Source: Polyangiales bacterium (lineage in GTDB: Bacteria > Myxococcota_A > Polyangia > Polyangiales > Houyiibacteriaceae). Taken from it: a DNA stretch of 42,387 nt. The stretch is taken from the NCBI GenBank assembly GCA_035686645.1, contig DASRZF010000378.1, positions 1 to 42,387 on the forward strand, given 5' to 3'. A program made the translations under genes and the position numbers. The notes beneath the pieces are model-generated. The model was given only the letters and a program-made list of their open reading frames with translations. It had not been told where the DNA came from and did no database searches. Below are positions 1-9,129 of this stretch, one piece after another. Position 1 is the stretch's first letter. Every line of letters starts with the position of its first letter.

Positions 1-67
1 CGCGGAGTGAAGCCGATCTCGGAATCGGCCTGCGCCCTCCACAAGCGATCATGATAAGAAGGTCGGG

Positions 68-928
68 ATGAAGATCGGGATTGTATCAATCAACGTCGGC
101 GGACCAGCGACAGCCGAGAACATGATTGCGGTGGCCCAGCACGCCGAGGCTGCTGGGATCGAGTCGCTGTGGACCTTCGAGCACGTGGTCGTTCCGACCT
201 ATTACGAATCGAAGTATCCTTATGACCGCTCGGGCAAGATGCCGGCTGCACCCGAAACTTGGTTCATCGACCCGTTGATCTCGCTCGCCTACGTGGCCGC
301 CGCGACGAAGACCATTCGGCTCGGCACGGGCGTCAACATCTTCCCGCAGGCCAATCCGATGCTGTTCGCAAAGCAAACCGCGTCGCTCGATGCGCTGAGC
401 GGCGGTCGCCTGACGCTCGGTCTCGGGATTGGCTGGCTTGCCGAGGAGTACGAAGCGATGGGCACGCCTTTCGAGCGACGCGGCGCACGCTTCGACGACT
501 ACCTCGAGGCGGTGAAGAAGGTCTGGAGCGGTGAAGTCGTCGAACACGAAAGCGAGTTCCTCTCGTGGCATGGCTTCAAGAGCTACCCCACACCGGCACA
601 GAAACCGCATCCACCGATTCTCATCGGCGGAACGACGACCAAGACCTTGCAACGCGTCGTCCGCTCGGCTCAGGGCTGGTACGCACCGAGCGATTCGACG
701 CGGGAGCTCAGCGAGAAGATCGAGGAGCTCAAAAAAATGGCCGCCCAAGCGGGACGGCCATTCGAGTCGATCGACGTCACGACGAACTGGCGAATCGCGA
801 AGCATCCCGACCTACTGCCCGAGCTGGAAGAGCTCGGCATCGGCCGGGCCATCGTGCTACTCGGCGCGACAGGCGAGTCCGATCCCAGGAAGGCGATCGA
901 CCTGATCGCCTCCAAGGTCGGCTTGTGA
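68..928 (+). CDS. Luciferase-like monooxygenase (LLM) / F420-dependent oxidoreductase family protein
   Basis: 286-aa ORF with motifs ESLWTFEHV, RLGTGVNI, LSGGRLTLGLGIGW and HPPILIGG, which are typical of the LLM TIM-barrel fold. The overlapping frames are Arg/Ala-rich junk. Confidence 0.8.
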   Translation: MKIGIVSINVGGPATAENMIAVAQHAEAAGIESLWTFEHVVVPTYYESKYPYDRSGKMPAAPETWFIDPLISLAYVAAATKTIRLGTGVNIFPQANPMLFAKQTASLDALSGGRLTLGLGIGWLAEEYEAMGTPFERRGARFDDYLEAVKKVWSGEVVEHESEFLSWHGFKSYPTPAQKPHPPILIGGTTTKTLQRVVRSAQGWYAPSDSTRELSEKIEELKKMAAQAGRPFESIDVTTNWRIAKHPDLLPELEELGIGRAIVLLGATGESDPRKAIDLIASKVGL

Positions 929-1028
929 TCAGATGCGGTGCCTTACGGCGTGAAGAGGCAAGTCGCCCAGGCACTGATCTCTGACTCGCAGAACACCTCA
1001 CCGAGACCCGTGGTCCCATCCGTGACGG

Positions 1029-1466
1029 TTAGACTTGGGCTCGAATCCACTGGAGGAGCTGCGGGAGGTTCATCGCGCCTGCTTGCCTTGCGGCCTCGCG
1101 ACCGCTCTTGAAGACCGCGGTCGTCGGAATACTGTTGATTTGGTAGCGCTGGGCGAGCATCGGGTTTTCGTCGGTATTGACTTTGGCCAGTCGCACATGC
1201 GGCTCGAGCTCTGCTGCGGCTCGTTCGAAGAAGGGCGCCATCATCTTGCAGGGGCCGCACCAAGGAGCCCAGAAGTCCACGACGAGGGGGATCTCGCTCC
1301 GGCTCAAGTGTCGGTCGAAGCTTTGGTCGGTGAGCGAGATCGGGCGCCCGCTGAACAAGGACTGCTTGCACTTCCCGCAGCGGGGTCTATCGCCGATCCG
1401 GGCGCTGGGGATGCGGTTGGCGGACTGGCAATTGGGACAAACGAGGACTCGAGACGGGTTGCCCAT
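1029..1466 (-). CDS. trxC: Thioredoxin 2 (TrxC-type, with N-terminal zinc-finger extension)
   Basis: 145 aa. N-terminal CPNC...CGKC pair (two CxxC), followed by a thioredoxin fold with the active site WAPWCGPCK. Confidence 0.85.
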   Translation of the reverse strand: MGNPSRVLVCPNCQSANRIPSARIGDRPRCGKCKQSLFSGRPISLTDQSFDRHLSRSEIPLVVDFWAPWCGPCKMMAPFFERAAAELEPHVRLAKVNTDENPMLAQRYQINSIPTTAVFKSGREAARQAGAMNLPQLLQWIRAQV

Positions 1467-1621
1467 TGCGTGTCAAGGTAAGTCCGAAATCAGGCTTGGC
1501 TAGGGTATCATGAAGGATTCAAGAGCAATGAGCAGCAGCGCCGAGGGCTGCGTTTCCACTGCGTCTGGTCGGGGAGCTGACAGCACCGCTGCGCCTCCGT
1601 CGGAGCCTGGAAAACGGTTCC

Positions 1622-1650
1622 TTGACGCTACCTGGACCCCGGCCCATATT
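1622..1650 (+). promoter_or_regulatory. Candidate sigma70-like promoter for rpsO (TTGACG-N17-CATATT)
   Basis: TTGACG at 1622-1627, a 17-nt spacer, then CATATT at 1645-1650, about 58 nt upstream of the rpsO ATG. Motif match by eye only. Confidence 0.3.
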
Positions 1651-1708
1651 CCGCCCCCTTCAGGCAAAGAAATACCCATTTTTTCAAGAGAATTAGCGCG
1701 AGTAACGC

Positions 1709-1978
1709 ATGGCACTGACCGCCGATAGAAAGTCCGAGCTGATCGGTCAATTCCGCAACCACGAGAAGGACACGGGTTCCCCCGAAGTCCAGATCGCGAT
1801 TTTGAGCGAGCGGATCACCTACCTGACCGAGCACTTCCAGACCCACAAGAAGGACCATCACTCCCGTCGAGGCCTGCTCAAGCTGGTTAGCCAGCGACGC
1901 CGGCTGCTCGACTACGTCCGATCCCAGGACGTGGAGCGATACCGCAAGATCATTTCAGAGCTTGGCATTCGGAAGTAA
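1709..1978 (+). CDS. rpsO: 30S ribosomal protein S15
   Basis: 89 aa, [12 protein letters not shown]...[33 protein letters not shown], a canonical S15 sequence. It is followed by pnp, as in the conserved rpsO-pnp arrangement. Confidence 0.97.
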   Translation: MALTADRKSELIGQFRNHEKDTGSPEVQIAILSERITYLTEHFQTHKKDHHSRRGLLKLVSQRRRLLDYVRSQDVERYRKIISELGIRK

Positions 1979-2054
1979 GCTGAGCCCCGGGACGTTGTCC
2001 CAGTAGAACCTTGGTGGCTTTGCGTCGGGTCCGGAGTTCGCTCTTCGCTTCGAT

Positions 2055-2076
2055 GATTTGAGTTCGGGCTCAAATC
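2055..2076 (+). promoter_or_regulatory. Stem-loop in the rpsO-pnp intergenic leader (8-bp stem GATTTGAG / CTCAAATC, 6-nt loop)
   Basis: Perfect inverted repeat gatttgag-ttcggg-ctcaaatc read directly from the sequence. It lies in the 179-nt gap between the rpsO stop and the pnp start, and no U-tract follows it. Confidence 0.3.
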
Positions 2077-2157
2077 CTGGAATCGGGGACCGAGACCGCT
2101 CTCGATGGCAACGCGGACCGCATGCGCGGTTGTGCCGCGCGGAAGGCAAAGAGAGCG

Positions 2158-4572
2158 ATGATAATCAGAGAATCCGTTAAGATCGGTGACAAAGAGATCA
2201 CCATCGAGACGGGCCGGATTGCCAAGCAGGCAGCCGGCTCCGTATTGGTGAGCAGTGGCGAGACCATGGTGCTCGTCACAGTTTGTGGAAACAAAGAAGC
2301 GCGGCCAGGAGCGCCGTTCTTTCCACTCACCGTCGACTACGTCGAGAAGACGTATGCCGCAGGCAAGATTCCTGGCGGCTTCTTCAAGCGCGAGGCGAGG
2401 CAGCGCGATCACGAGGTGCTCACCTCTCGTCTGATCGACCGACCCTGCCGGCCGCTCTTCCCCGATGGCTACATGTGCGAAACCCAGGTCATCGCGACCG
2501 TGATGAGCGCAGACGGCAGCAATCAGTCCGACGTCCTGGCGATGGTCGGTGCCTCGGCCGCGATTCACATCAGCCCGCTTCCTTGGGCAGGCCCGATCGC
2601 TGGCGTACGTGTTGCCCGCGTTGACGGAAAGCTGATCGCAAACCCCACCTATCAAGAGCAAGAGAACAGCGAATGCGAGCTGATCATCGCCGCGTCCAAG
2701 GACGCGATCGTGATGGTCGAAGGCGAAGCTAGCGAGTTGTCCGAGGCTGACCTGATCGCCGCCATCCAGTTCGGCCACGAGTCGGTTCAGGGTGTGCTCG
2801 AGCTCATCGGAAAGATCCGCGAAGCGGTGGGGCAGCAGAAGTGGCCCTTCGAGTCGCCCAAACGTGACCCGAAGATCGACGCGAGGGTCAAAGAGGTCGG
2901 TCTGGCGAAGGTCATCGAGGCATGCAACATCGCCGAGAAACACCCGCGCTACGGCCGCTTCAGCGAAATCAAGAAGGAAGTCGCTGCCGAGCTAGCTTCG
3001 GAATTTCCAGACCTCGAAGGCGACATCAAGGCCGCGTACGAAGACCTTCGTTACAACACGATGCGGGCTCAGGTTCTCGACGAGAAGCGCCGCGTCGATG
3101 GTCGTGACTACAAAACCGTTCGCCCGATCGCCATCGAGGTGGGTCTGCTGCCTCGCGTCCATGGTTCCTCGCTGTTCACTCGAGGCGAGACCCAGGGCAT
3201 CGTCACGGCGACCCTCGGCACCCGTCAGGACGAGCAGAAGATCGACGGTCTCATCGACGAGTACTGGAAGCCGTTCCTTCTCCACTACAACTTCCCGCCC
3301 TACTCGGTCGGTGAGACCAAGTTCCTCCGCGGCCCAGGCCGTCGGGAGATCGGGCATGGAACCCTCGCCGAGCGTGCGCTCACGAAGGTGCTGCCCTCGC
3401 GTGAGGACTTCCCTTACACGATGCGCATCGTCTCGGAGATCACCGAGTCGAACGGCTCGTCATCGATGGCGACCGTGTGCGGCGGAAGCTTGTCGATGAT
3501 GGACGCAGGTGTGCCGATCAAGGCTCCCGTCGCGGGTGTGGCGATGGGCCTCATCATGGAGGGCGAGAAGTACGCGGTCCTCACGGACATCCTCGGCGAT
3601 GAAGACCACCTCGGCGACATGGACTTCAAAGTCTGCGGCACCGACAAGGGCATCACGGCCATTCAGATGGACATCAAGATCGCCGGCTTGAGCCAGGAGA
3701 TCATGCACGAAGCGCTCGAGCAGGCGCGCGAGGGCCGGCTTCACATCCTCGAGAAGATGAACGAAGTCATGCCGACGCATCGCCCCGAGCTCTCGAAGTA
3801 CGCTCCGCGCATCGAGACTTTGAAGGTCAAGCCCGACCAGATTCGCGTGGTCATCGGACCAGGCGGCAAGATGATCAAAGCGATTACGGAGCAGACCGGC
3901 GCCAAGATCGACATCAGCGACGACGGTACGGTGAGCATCTCGTCGCCAGACGGCGAGGCGCTCAAGAAGGCAATCGAGATCATCGAAAGCCTCACGCTCG
4001 AGCCGGAGATCGGCACGAAGTACAAGGGCATCGTTCGGCGCGTCGAGAACTATGGCGCGTTCCTGGAGATCGCTCCTGGAAAGGACGGGCTGCTCCACAT
4101 CACCGACATGGACTGGGGCTTCATCGAGAAGGTCACGGACGTCATGGACCTCGGCGACGAGGTCGAGGTGATGATCAGCGATATCGATCGTGAAGGACGC
4201 ATCCGGCTTTCGCGCAAGGCGCTCCTCGAGAAACCCGAGGGCTATGTGGAGCCTGAGCGCAAAGAACGCCGCGAGGGTGGCGGGCGCGGGCGCGATGGCG
4301 ATCGAGGCCGCGGAGGACGTGACGGCGACCGAGGACGTGGGCGCGGCGGACGCGAGGGCGGCAGAGACCGTGGCGGACGCGATCGGGACCGTGGTGGCCG
4401 TGGCGGCGAAAGAGCCGGTGGACGCGAGGGCGGCAGGGATCGCGACCGCGGTCGTGACCGTGACCGCGGGGGCGAGCGCAGTGGCGAGCGCAGCGGCGAG
4501 CGCAGTGGCGAGCGCAGCGGCGAGCGCAGCAGCGAGCGCAGCAGTGACCGCGATCGCGAGCGAAAAGACTGA
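2158..4572 (+). CDS. pnp: Polyribonucleotide nucleotidyltransferase (PNPase) with an unusual RG-rich C-terminal extension
   Basis: Start chosen at [25 protein letters not shown] (ATG 2158), which matches the canonical PNPase N-terminus. It has two RNase PH domains (e.g. [43 protein letters not shown]), then KH (IGPGGKMIK) and S1 (YGAFLEI...GLLHI) domains. The upstream part of the track ORF (2122-2157) is not needed. Confidence 0.95.
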   Translation: MIIRESVKIGDKEITIETGRIAKQAAGSVLVSSGETMVLVTVCGNKEARPGAPFFPLTVDYVEKTYAAGKIPGGFFKREARQRDHEVLTSRLIDRPCRPLFPDGYMCETQVIATVMSADGSNQSDVLAMVGASAAIHISPLPWAGPIAGVRVARVDGKLIANPTYQEQENSECELIIAASKDAIVMVEGEASELSEADLIAAIQFGHESVQGVLELIGKIREAVGQQKWPFESPKRDPKIDARVKEVGLAKVIEACNIAEKHPRYGRFSEIKKEVAAELASEFPDLEGDIKAAYEDLRYNTMRAQVLDEKRRVDGRDYKTVRPIAIEVGLLPRVHGSSLFTRGETQGIVTATLGTRQDEQKIDGLIDEYWKPFLLHYNFPPYSVGETKFLRGPGRREIGHGTLAERALTKVLPSREDFPYTMRIVSEITESNGSSSMATVCGGSLSMMDAGVPIKAPVAGVAMGLIMEGEKYAVLTDILGDEDHLGDMDFKVCGTDKGITAIQMDIKIAGLSQEIMHEALEQAREGRLHILEKMNEVMPTHRPELSKYAPRIETLKVKPDQIRVVIGPGGKMIKAITEQTGAKIDISDDGTVSISSPDGEALKKAIEIIESLTLEPEIGTKYKGIVRRVENYGAFLEIAPGKDGLLHITDMDWGFIEKVTDVMDLGDEVEVMISDIDREGRIRLSRKALLEKPEGYVEPERKERREGGGRGRDGDRGRGGRDGDRGRGRGGREGGRDRGGRDRDRGGRGGERAGGREGGRDRDRGRDRDRGGERSGERSGERSGERSGERSSERSSDRDRERKD
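4471..4542 (+). repeat. In-frame 12-bp tandem repeat (GGCGAGCGCAGY x5 plus AGCGAGCGCAGC), encoding (GERS)5-SERS inside the pnp tail
   Basis: Six contiguous 12-nt units, read directly at 4471-4482, 4483-4494, 4495-4506, 4507-4518, 4519-4530 and 4531-4542. Confidence 0.9.
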
Positions 4573-5018
4573 TGGCGCGTCTGCGCGTCTACAAGATGCG
4601 CGCCGACGCAATGATTCCGCGGTACGAGACCGAAGGCGCGGCGGGGCTGGACCTCGCCGCGTGCCTCGATGCGCCGTTGCGGCTCGAGCCGGGAGAAACC
4701 CTGCGTGTGCCGACGGGGCTACGATTCGCGCTGCCGCCCGGACATGAGGGCCAGGTCCGCCCGCGCTCCGGCCTTGCCGCACGCCATGGCGTGACGGTGC
4801 TCAATGCGCCGGGAACGATCGACGAGGACTACCGCGGGGAGGTGCAGGTTCTCCTCATCAATCACGGGCGCGCGGCCTTCACGATCGCGCCAGGTGACCG
4901 CATCGCGCAGCTCATCGTCGCGCCGGTCAGCCATGTCGAGATTGAATCGGTCCACGACGAAGCCGCGCTCGGTGGAACCAAGCGCAGCGACGGTGGGTTT
5001 GGAAGCACCGGCTCCTAG
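4572..5018 (+). CDS. dut: dUTP diphosphatase (dUTPase)
   Basis: 148 aa with the motifs [24 protein letters not shown] and GDRIAQL, plus a C-terminal GGFGSTG. Its ATG overlaps the pnp TGA in TGATG. Confidence 0.93.
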   Translation: MARLRVYKMRADAMIPRYETEGAAGLDLAACLDAPLRLEPGETLRVPTGLRFALPPGHEGQVRPRSGLAARHGVTVLNAPGTIDEDYRGEVQVLLINHGRAAFTIAPGDRIAQLIVAPVSHVEIESVHDEAALGGTKRSDGGFGSTGS

Positions 5019-5344
5019 AGCGCGCGGTCCATCAGCTCCGCGATGGTGGTCTTGGGCGCTGCGCCGATGTGCTGGGCCACGAGCTCGCCGCCTTTGAAGA
5101 CCATCAAGGTCGGCACGCCTCGAATCCCATACTTCGAGGCCGTCCCGGGGCTCTCGTCGATGTCGAGGTGCGTCACCTTGACCTTGCCGACGTACTCATC
5201 CGCAAGCTGATCGATGAGCGGTGCAATTTGCTTACAAGGCCCGCACCAAACCGCCGAGAAATCGACGAGCACGGGGGAGTCCGAGCTCAGAACCTCCGTG
5301 TCAAAGTTCAGGTCGTTCACTGAATGTACGTTTGCGCCAGCCAT
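5015..5344 (-). CDS. trxA: Thioredoxin
   Basis: 109 aa, [18 protein letters not shown]...[15 protein letters not shown], a classic TrxA. Confidence 0.93.
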   Translation of the reverse strand: MAGANVHSVNDLNFDTEVLSSDSPVLVDFSAVWCGPCKQIAPLIDQLADEYVGKVKVTHLDIDESPGTASKYGIRGVPTLMVFKGGELVAQHIGAAPKTTIAELMDRAL

Positions 5345-5495
5345 CTCAGCTCCTATTCGGATTGTTGGAGATGCTGTAAGTAAGGACGGTCCGACGAATT
5401 GTCAACGTGCCGCGCCCGCCGGCTACCGTGCAATACCCCCACATGGTAGGCTTTTTCGCGGCCGGACCCACCCTGCGGGAGGCCACGAACAGACC

Positions 5496-6296
5496 ATGAA
5501 AGCCGGCCTCTTCATCGCCACCGCAGTTCTGTATGCCCTCGCCTGCATTCTGTATCTATTGCTCCTGACACGCGGCGCAGAGAGGGCGCGCAGACTACCA
5601 GGAACCGTCTTCGTTGCAGCGCTGGGCGCGCACATCGCGTTCCTGCTGCTGGAGGGCCCGTCGACGCACGAGCTGCCCCTGGCCGACATGTCTCAGATCT
5701 TGAGCATTTCGTCTTTTGGAATCGGGATCGCGTTCCTGCTGGCGTCGTATCGTTTCGACGTCACCATCCTCGGCGCATTCGTAGCGCCGCTCTCCCTGAT
5801 GCTCTTCCTCGCGTCCGGGCTCGGCAGCAGCTATGCCCCGGTCTCGCCCCCCGTTCAATCCGCAGTGCTCACTCTTCACATCGGTGCGAACGTCCTCGGG
5901 CTGGTTGCATTCGCGCTGGCATTTGCGGCAGGGCTTGCGTACCTGGTTCAAGAGCGCTTGCTGCGCCGGCGCCAACTGAGCGGCGTGTTTCAACGCCTTC
6001 CTTCGCTCGACGTTCTCGATACGATGAGTCTTCGTGCAGTCTTGGTTGGGTTCCCGCTCCTCACGTTCGGAATGATCACGGGCACGTTCTGGCTGTTGCG
6101 TTCCGACGGTTCGCAATTCTTCGTGTCCCAGGCGCTCGGCCTGGTTGCATGGGCGATCTTTGCGGGCGTGATCGTCCTTCGAGTGGCGGCGGGCTGGCAG
6201 GGTCGAAAAGCCGCCCTCGGCACGATGATGGGCTTCCTCTTCACACTCCTGGTCCTCGCGGGCTACGCGCTGCGCGCTGCTGCGGAGGGTGGCTGA
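5496..6296 (+). CDS. Cytochrome c assembly (CcsA/HemX-like) integral membrane protein
   Basis: Start set at MKAGLFIATAVLYALACILYLLLL (ATG 5496). About 8 hydrophobic segments. It sits immediately upstream of hemA and is stop/start-overlapped with it, as for Bacillus hemX. The track ORF from 5214 runs antisense into trxA and was trimmed. Confidence 0.75.
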   Translation: MKAGLFIATAVLYALACILYLLLLTRGAERARRLPGTVFVAALGAHIAFLLLEGPSTHELPLADMSQILSISSFGIGIAFLLASYRFDVTILGAFVAPLSLMLFLASGLGSSYAPVSPPVQSAVLTLHIGANVLGLVAFALAFAAGLAYLVQERLLRRRQLSGVFQRLPSLDVLDTMSLRAVLVGFPLLTFGMITGTFWLLRSDGSQFFVSQALGLVAWAIFAGVIVLRVAAGWQGRKAALGTMMGFLFTLLVLAGYALRAAAEGG

Positions 6297-7654
6297 TGCG
6301 CGATTTCGTGCTCGTCGGCCTGTCCCATCGAACGGCACCGGTAGAGGTCCGGGAACGCCTCGCCGTGCCTCGGGACCGACTCGGCGAAGAGCTTCGCGAG
6401 ATCGCCGCCAGTGGACGTTTCGACGAGGCGCTCTTGATTTCCACCTGCAATCGTGTCGAGCTCTACGCGACCAGCAGCGACCCGATCGACGCGGCGAAAA
6501 GAGCGAGAGACGCTCTTGCGGCCCGGCTCCTCGATTTCGCCGCCGAGGACGCGCTCTATCAGGAGCGCGGCGTCGATGCAGTGCGCCACGTGTTCCGCGT
6601 CGCTTCGAGCTTGGACTCCCTCGTGGTCGGAGAGCCTCAAATTCTCGGCCAGGTCAAAGAGGCGTTCGACGCGGCGAAGGGCGCTGGGACGGTGGGCACC
6701 TTGCTTGGGCGGTGCTTCACTCAAGCCTTCGCGACCGCAAAGCGCGTCCGAAACGAAACCGGAATAGCGCAGGGAACCGTCAGCGTGAGCTCGATTGCCT
6801 GTGAGCTTGCGAAGAAGATCTTCGGCAACCTCGAGGGGCGTCGCACTTTGCTGCTTGGGGCCGGCGAAATGGGCGAATCGGCGGCACGAAGCCTTCGACA
6901 AACGGGAACCCAGCTCCACGTCATCAATCGAAGCGAGGATCGCGCTCATTCACTAGCGGAATCCTGCGGCGGACGTGCGGTGCCCTACGAGCGACTCACG
7001 CTCGAGCTCGCCGAGGCGGACGTCGTCATCGCATCGACAGCAAGCCCGAAGTTCATTTTGACCCCCGAAATGATGAAAGGCGTAGTTCGCTCACGACGTC
7101 ATCGCCCGCTTTTCATCATCGACATCGCCGTCCCACGTGACGTGGATCCGAGGGTCGGCAACATGGACAACGTCTTCGTCTACGACGTCGACGACCTCCA
7201 ACAAGTCGCCGAGGAAAATCTTTCCGTGCGCGCCAGGGAAGCCTCTTTGGCAGAAAGCATCGTCGAAGAGGAACTCGGTGCCTTTCTGACCTGGCGACGT
7301 TCTCTCGAGCTCGCCCCAACCATCGTCGCTCTTCGAAAACAATTCGCCGAAGTGGCCGAGCAAGAATTGCGACGTGCCCTGCCCCGCCTCGACGGGGTCA
7401 AAGACAGCGATCGAGCGGTGCTCGAAGCGATGTCGCGGTCGATGGTGAACAAGTTGCTGCACCAACCCATGACGCAGCTCAAGGCGGGCGCTGGCGAGCC
7501 GGATGGCGCTCTCTTGATCGACGCCGTCCGTCGTCTGTTCGCGCTCTCCGAGGAAGACGCTGGGGCCAAAGAAGCCTCGACGGAAGGGTCCGGCGAGGCC
7601 AAGGTCACGCAGTTGACGACCGCAGCAGCCGGCTCGTCGGGCGAATCAACGTGA
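6296..7654 (+). CDS. hemA: Glutamyl-tRNA reductase
   Basis: Start at MRDFVLVGLSHRTAPVEVRERL (ATG 6296, overlapping the upstream TGA). Motifs LISTCNRVELY, SLVVGEPQILGQVK and LLLGAGEMGE (NADPH site). Confidence 0.93.
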   Translation: MRDFVLVGLSHRTAPVEVRERLAVPRDRLGEELREIAASGRFDEALLISTCNRVELYATSSDPIDAAKRARDALAARLLDFAAEDALYQERGVDAVRHVFRVASSLDSLVVGEPQILGQVKEAFDAAKGAGTVGTLLGRCFTQAFATAKRVRNETGIAQGTVSVSSIACELAKKIFGNLEGRRTLLLGAGEMGESAARSLRQTGTQLHVINRSEDRAHSLAESCGGRAVPYERLTLELAEADVVIASTASPKFILTPEMMKGVVRSRRHRPLFIIDIAVPRDVDPRVGNMDNVFVYDVDDLQQVAEENLSVRAREASLAESIVEEELGAFLTWRRSLELAPTIVALRKQFAEVAEQELRRALPRLDGVKDSDRAVLEAMSRSMVNKLLHQPMTQLKAGAGEPDGALLIDAVRRLFALSEEDAGAKEASTEGSGEAKVTQLTTAAAGSSGEST

Positions 7655-8631
7655 AACTACGCATTGCAACACGCGGGAGTAACCTCGCTCTCGTTCAAAC
7701 GCGCTGGGTGGGCGCCCAACTCCGGCGACACTTTCCCGATCTCTCGATCGAGGAAGTCCACGTTCGAACGACGGGCGACCGTATCCAAGATCGCCCACTT
7801 GCCCAGGTTGGCGGCAAGGGACTCTTCGTGAGCGAGGTCGAGGCGGTGGTCGTACGCGGTGACGCCGACTTTGCGGTCCACTCGCTCAAAGACGTGCCCG
7901 GGGACGTGCCCCTGGCGGACGGCATGGGCATCCTCAGCGTGCCCGTGCGCGAGGATCCTCGCGACGTCCTGCTGACCATCGACGGCGTCGATTTGGCTTC
8001 CCTCAAGCGAGGCGCGAAGGTCGGGACCACTTCGCGCCGCCGCGTCGTGCAACTTCAGCGGCAGCGTCCGGACCTCGCATTCGTCCCGCTTCGCGGGAAC
8101 ATCGAAACGCGCATTCGCAAGCTCCGCCAAGGACAATGTGACGCGATTGTCTTGGCAGCCGCAGGGCTCAGTCGGACGGGCGTGCTCGATGAAACCCCGC
8201 ATTGGATATTGCCTCCAGAGATTTGCCTGCCAGCAGTCGGACAGGGTGCGCTCGCAATTGAAGGCGCGCTGAGCAACCAGGCTCTGCGCGAGCAGCTCCT
8301 GGCCATCGAAGACCCTACGGCACGCATTCAGATTACGGCCGAACGCAGCATGCTCCAAAGGCTCGAAGGAAATTGTCATTCTTCGATCGCAGGCCATGCG
8401 ATCGCCGCAGACGGAAGGCTCAAGCTCGAAGCCATGGTCGCATCGTACGACGGCGACCAAATGCTTTGTGCGACTTCGGACACCTATCTCGACCTCAACT
8501 CAGCCGACGCCGTCGAGGGCGCACGAAAGCTGGGCGAGGAGGTCGCCGAGCATCTCCTCGGGCAAGGAGCCGCCGACCTGATCCGTCAGGCAGGCGTGGC
8601 CGCCATGCAGACTCAGTTGACCAGCAACTGA
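7651..8631 (+). CDS. hemC: Hydroxymethylbilane synthase (porphobilinogen deaminase)
   Basis: GTG start overlapping the hemA stop. KLRIATRGSNLALVQT, GGKGLFVSEVE, AVHSLKDVP, RGNIETR, and a cofactor-binding Cys in LEGNCHSSIAGHA. Confidence 0.93.
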   Translation: MKLRIATRGSNLALVQTRWVGAQLRRHFPDLSIEEVHVRTTGDRIQDRPLAQVGGKGLFVSEVEAVVVRGDADFAVHSLKDVPGDVPLADGMGILSVPVREDPRDVLLTIDGVDLASLKRGAKVGTTSRRRVVQLQRQRPDLAFVPLRGNIETRIRKLRQGQCDAIVLAAAGLSRTGVLDETPHWILPPEICLPAVGQGALAIEGALSNQALREQLLAIEDPTARIQITAERSMLQRLEGNCHSSIAGHAIAADGRLKLEAMVASYDGDQMLCATSDTYLDLNSADAVEGARKLGEEVAEHLLGQGAADLIRQAGVAAMQTQLTSN

Positions 8632-9002
8632 GACTCGGGCTGGGGCCCGTAGCCGAGGATCCGGCGAACCCCGTTGATCGACTGGCTGAGCCAAGGGTCA
8701 CCGCCCTGTCGGCCGACGCTTGCGACGTACACCGTTTCGCCATCGAGAAACACGGGGCAGACGTCCACGCTCTGCCCTTCGAGCGCCCCCGGCATTCGTC
8801 CATTGAAGCTTGGGGAGCCCAGGAGTGGAGCGATCGCACCGAGTGCTTCGCAAATGGAGCGCTCGCCCGCGCCGGCGACCAGCAAACCATTGTCGATCGC
8901 AACGACGACTGCGTCCAAGTCGCCCAGCGAGCGCGACTGTTCGAGCTGAAGGCAAAGCGCCCTATATGGATCCTGGCTTCGGCGGGTGCGGCGTTCGTAC
9001 AT
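8613..9002 (-). CDS. Hypothetical small protein, possibly with a Roadblock/LC7 (MglB-like) fold
   Basis: 129-aa ORF. The segment LGDLDAVVVAIDNGLLVAGAGE...ALGAIAPLL resembles the Roadblock/LC7 core pattern. Weak call from pattern memory only. Its 3' end overlaps hemC by 19 nt. Confidence 0.4.
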   Translation of the reverse strand: MYERRTRRSQDPYRALCLQLEQSRSLGDLDAVVVAIDNGLLVAGAGERSICEALGAIAPLLGSPSFNGRMPGALEGQSVDVCPVFLDGETVYVASVGRQGGDPWLSQSINGVRRILGYGPQPESQLLVN

Positions 9003-9129
9003 GAGGACTCCCTGGCAGATGTAGGTGCATGTAGACTATTGGCCTACGAGACGAGGGGCAAGATTCCGTCGAAACCATTGATTTCAGCGAAATCGACACC
9101 GCGTACAAGACTGCTAGAGTCGCGCTGCA

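Noticed and set aside
4273-4569. Repeat-rich block considered as a possible CRISPR or other non-coding array
   Set aside because: The units are 12 bp, contiguous with no spacers, in frame with pnp, and translate to GERS repeats. This is a coding microsatellite-like repeat, not a CRISPR array.
3460-4782. 440-aa minus-strand ORF antisense to the 3' half of pnp and the start of dut
   Set aside because: The translation is Ala/Arg/Thr-rich low-complexity sequence with no motifs. It lies entirely opposite two confidently identified genes, which is typical of a high-GC antisense open frame.
9011-9027. Sigma54-like element TGGCAG-N-GGTGCA upstream of the ArsA-type ATPase gene
   Set aside because: The GG and GC dinucleotides are one nucleotide too far apart relative to the strict GG-N10-GC spacing, and no enhancer-binding protein gene is nearby.
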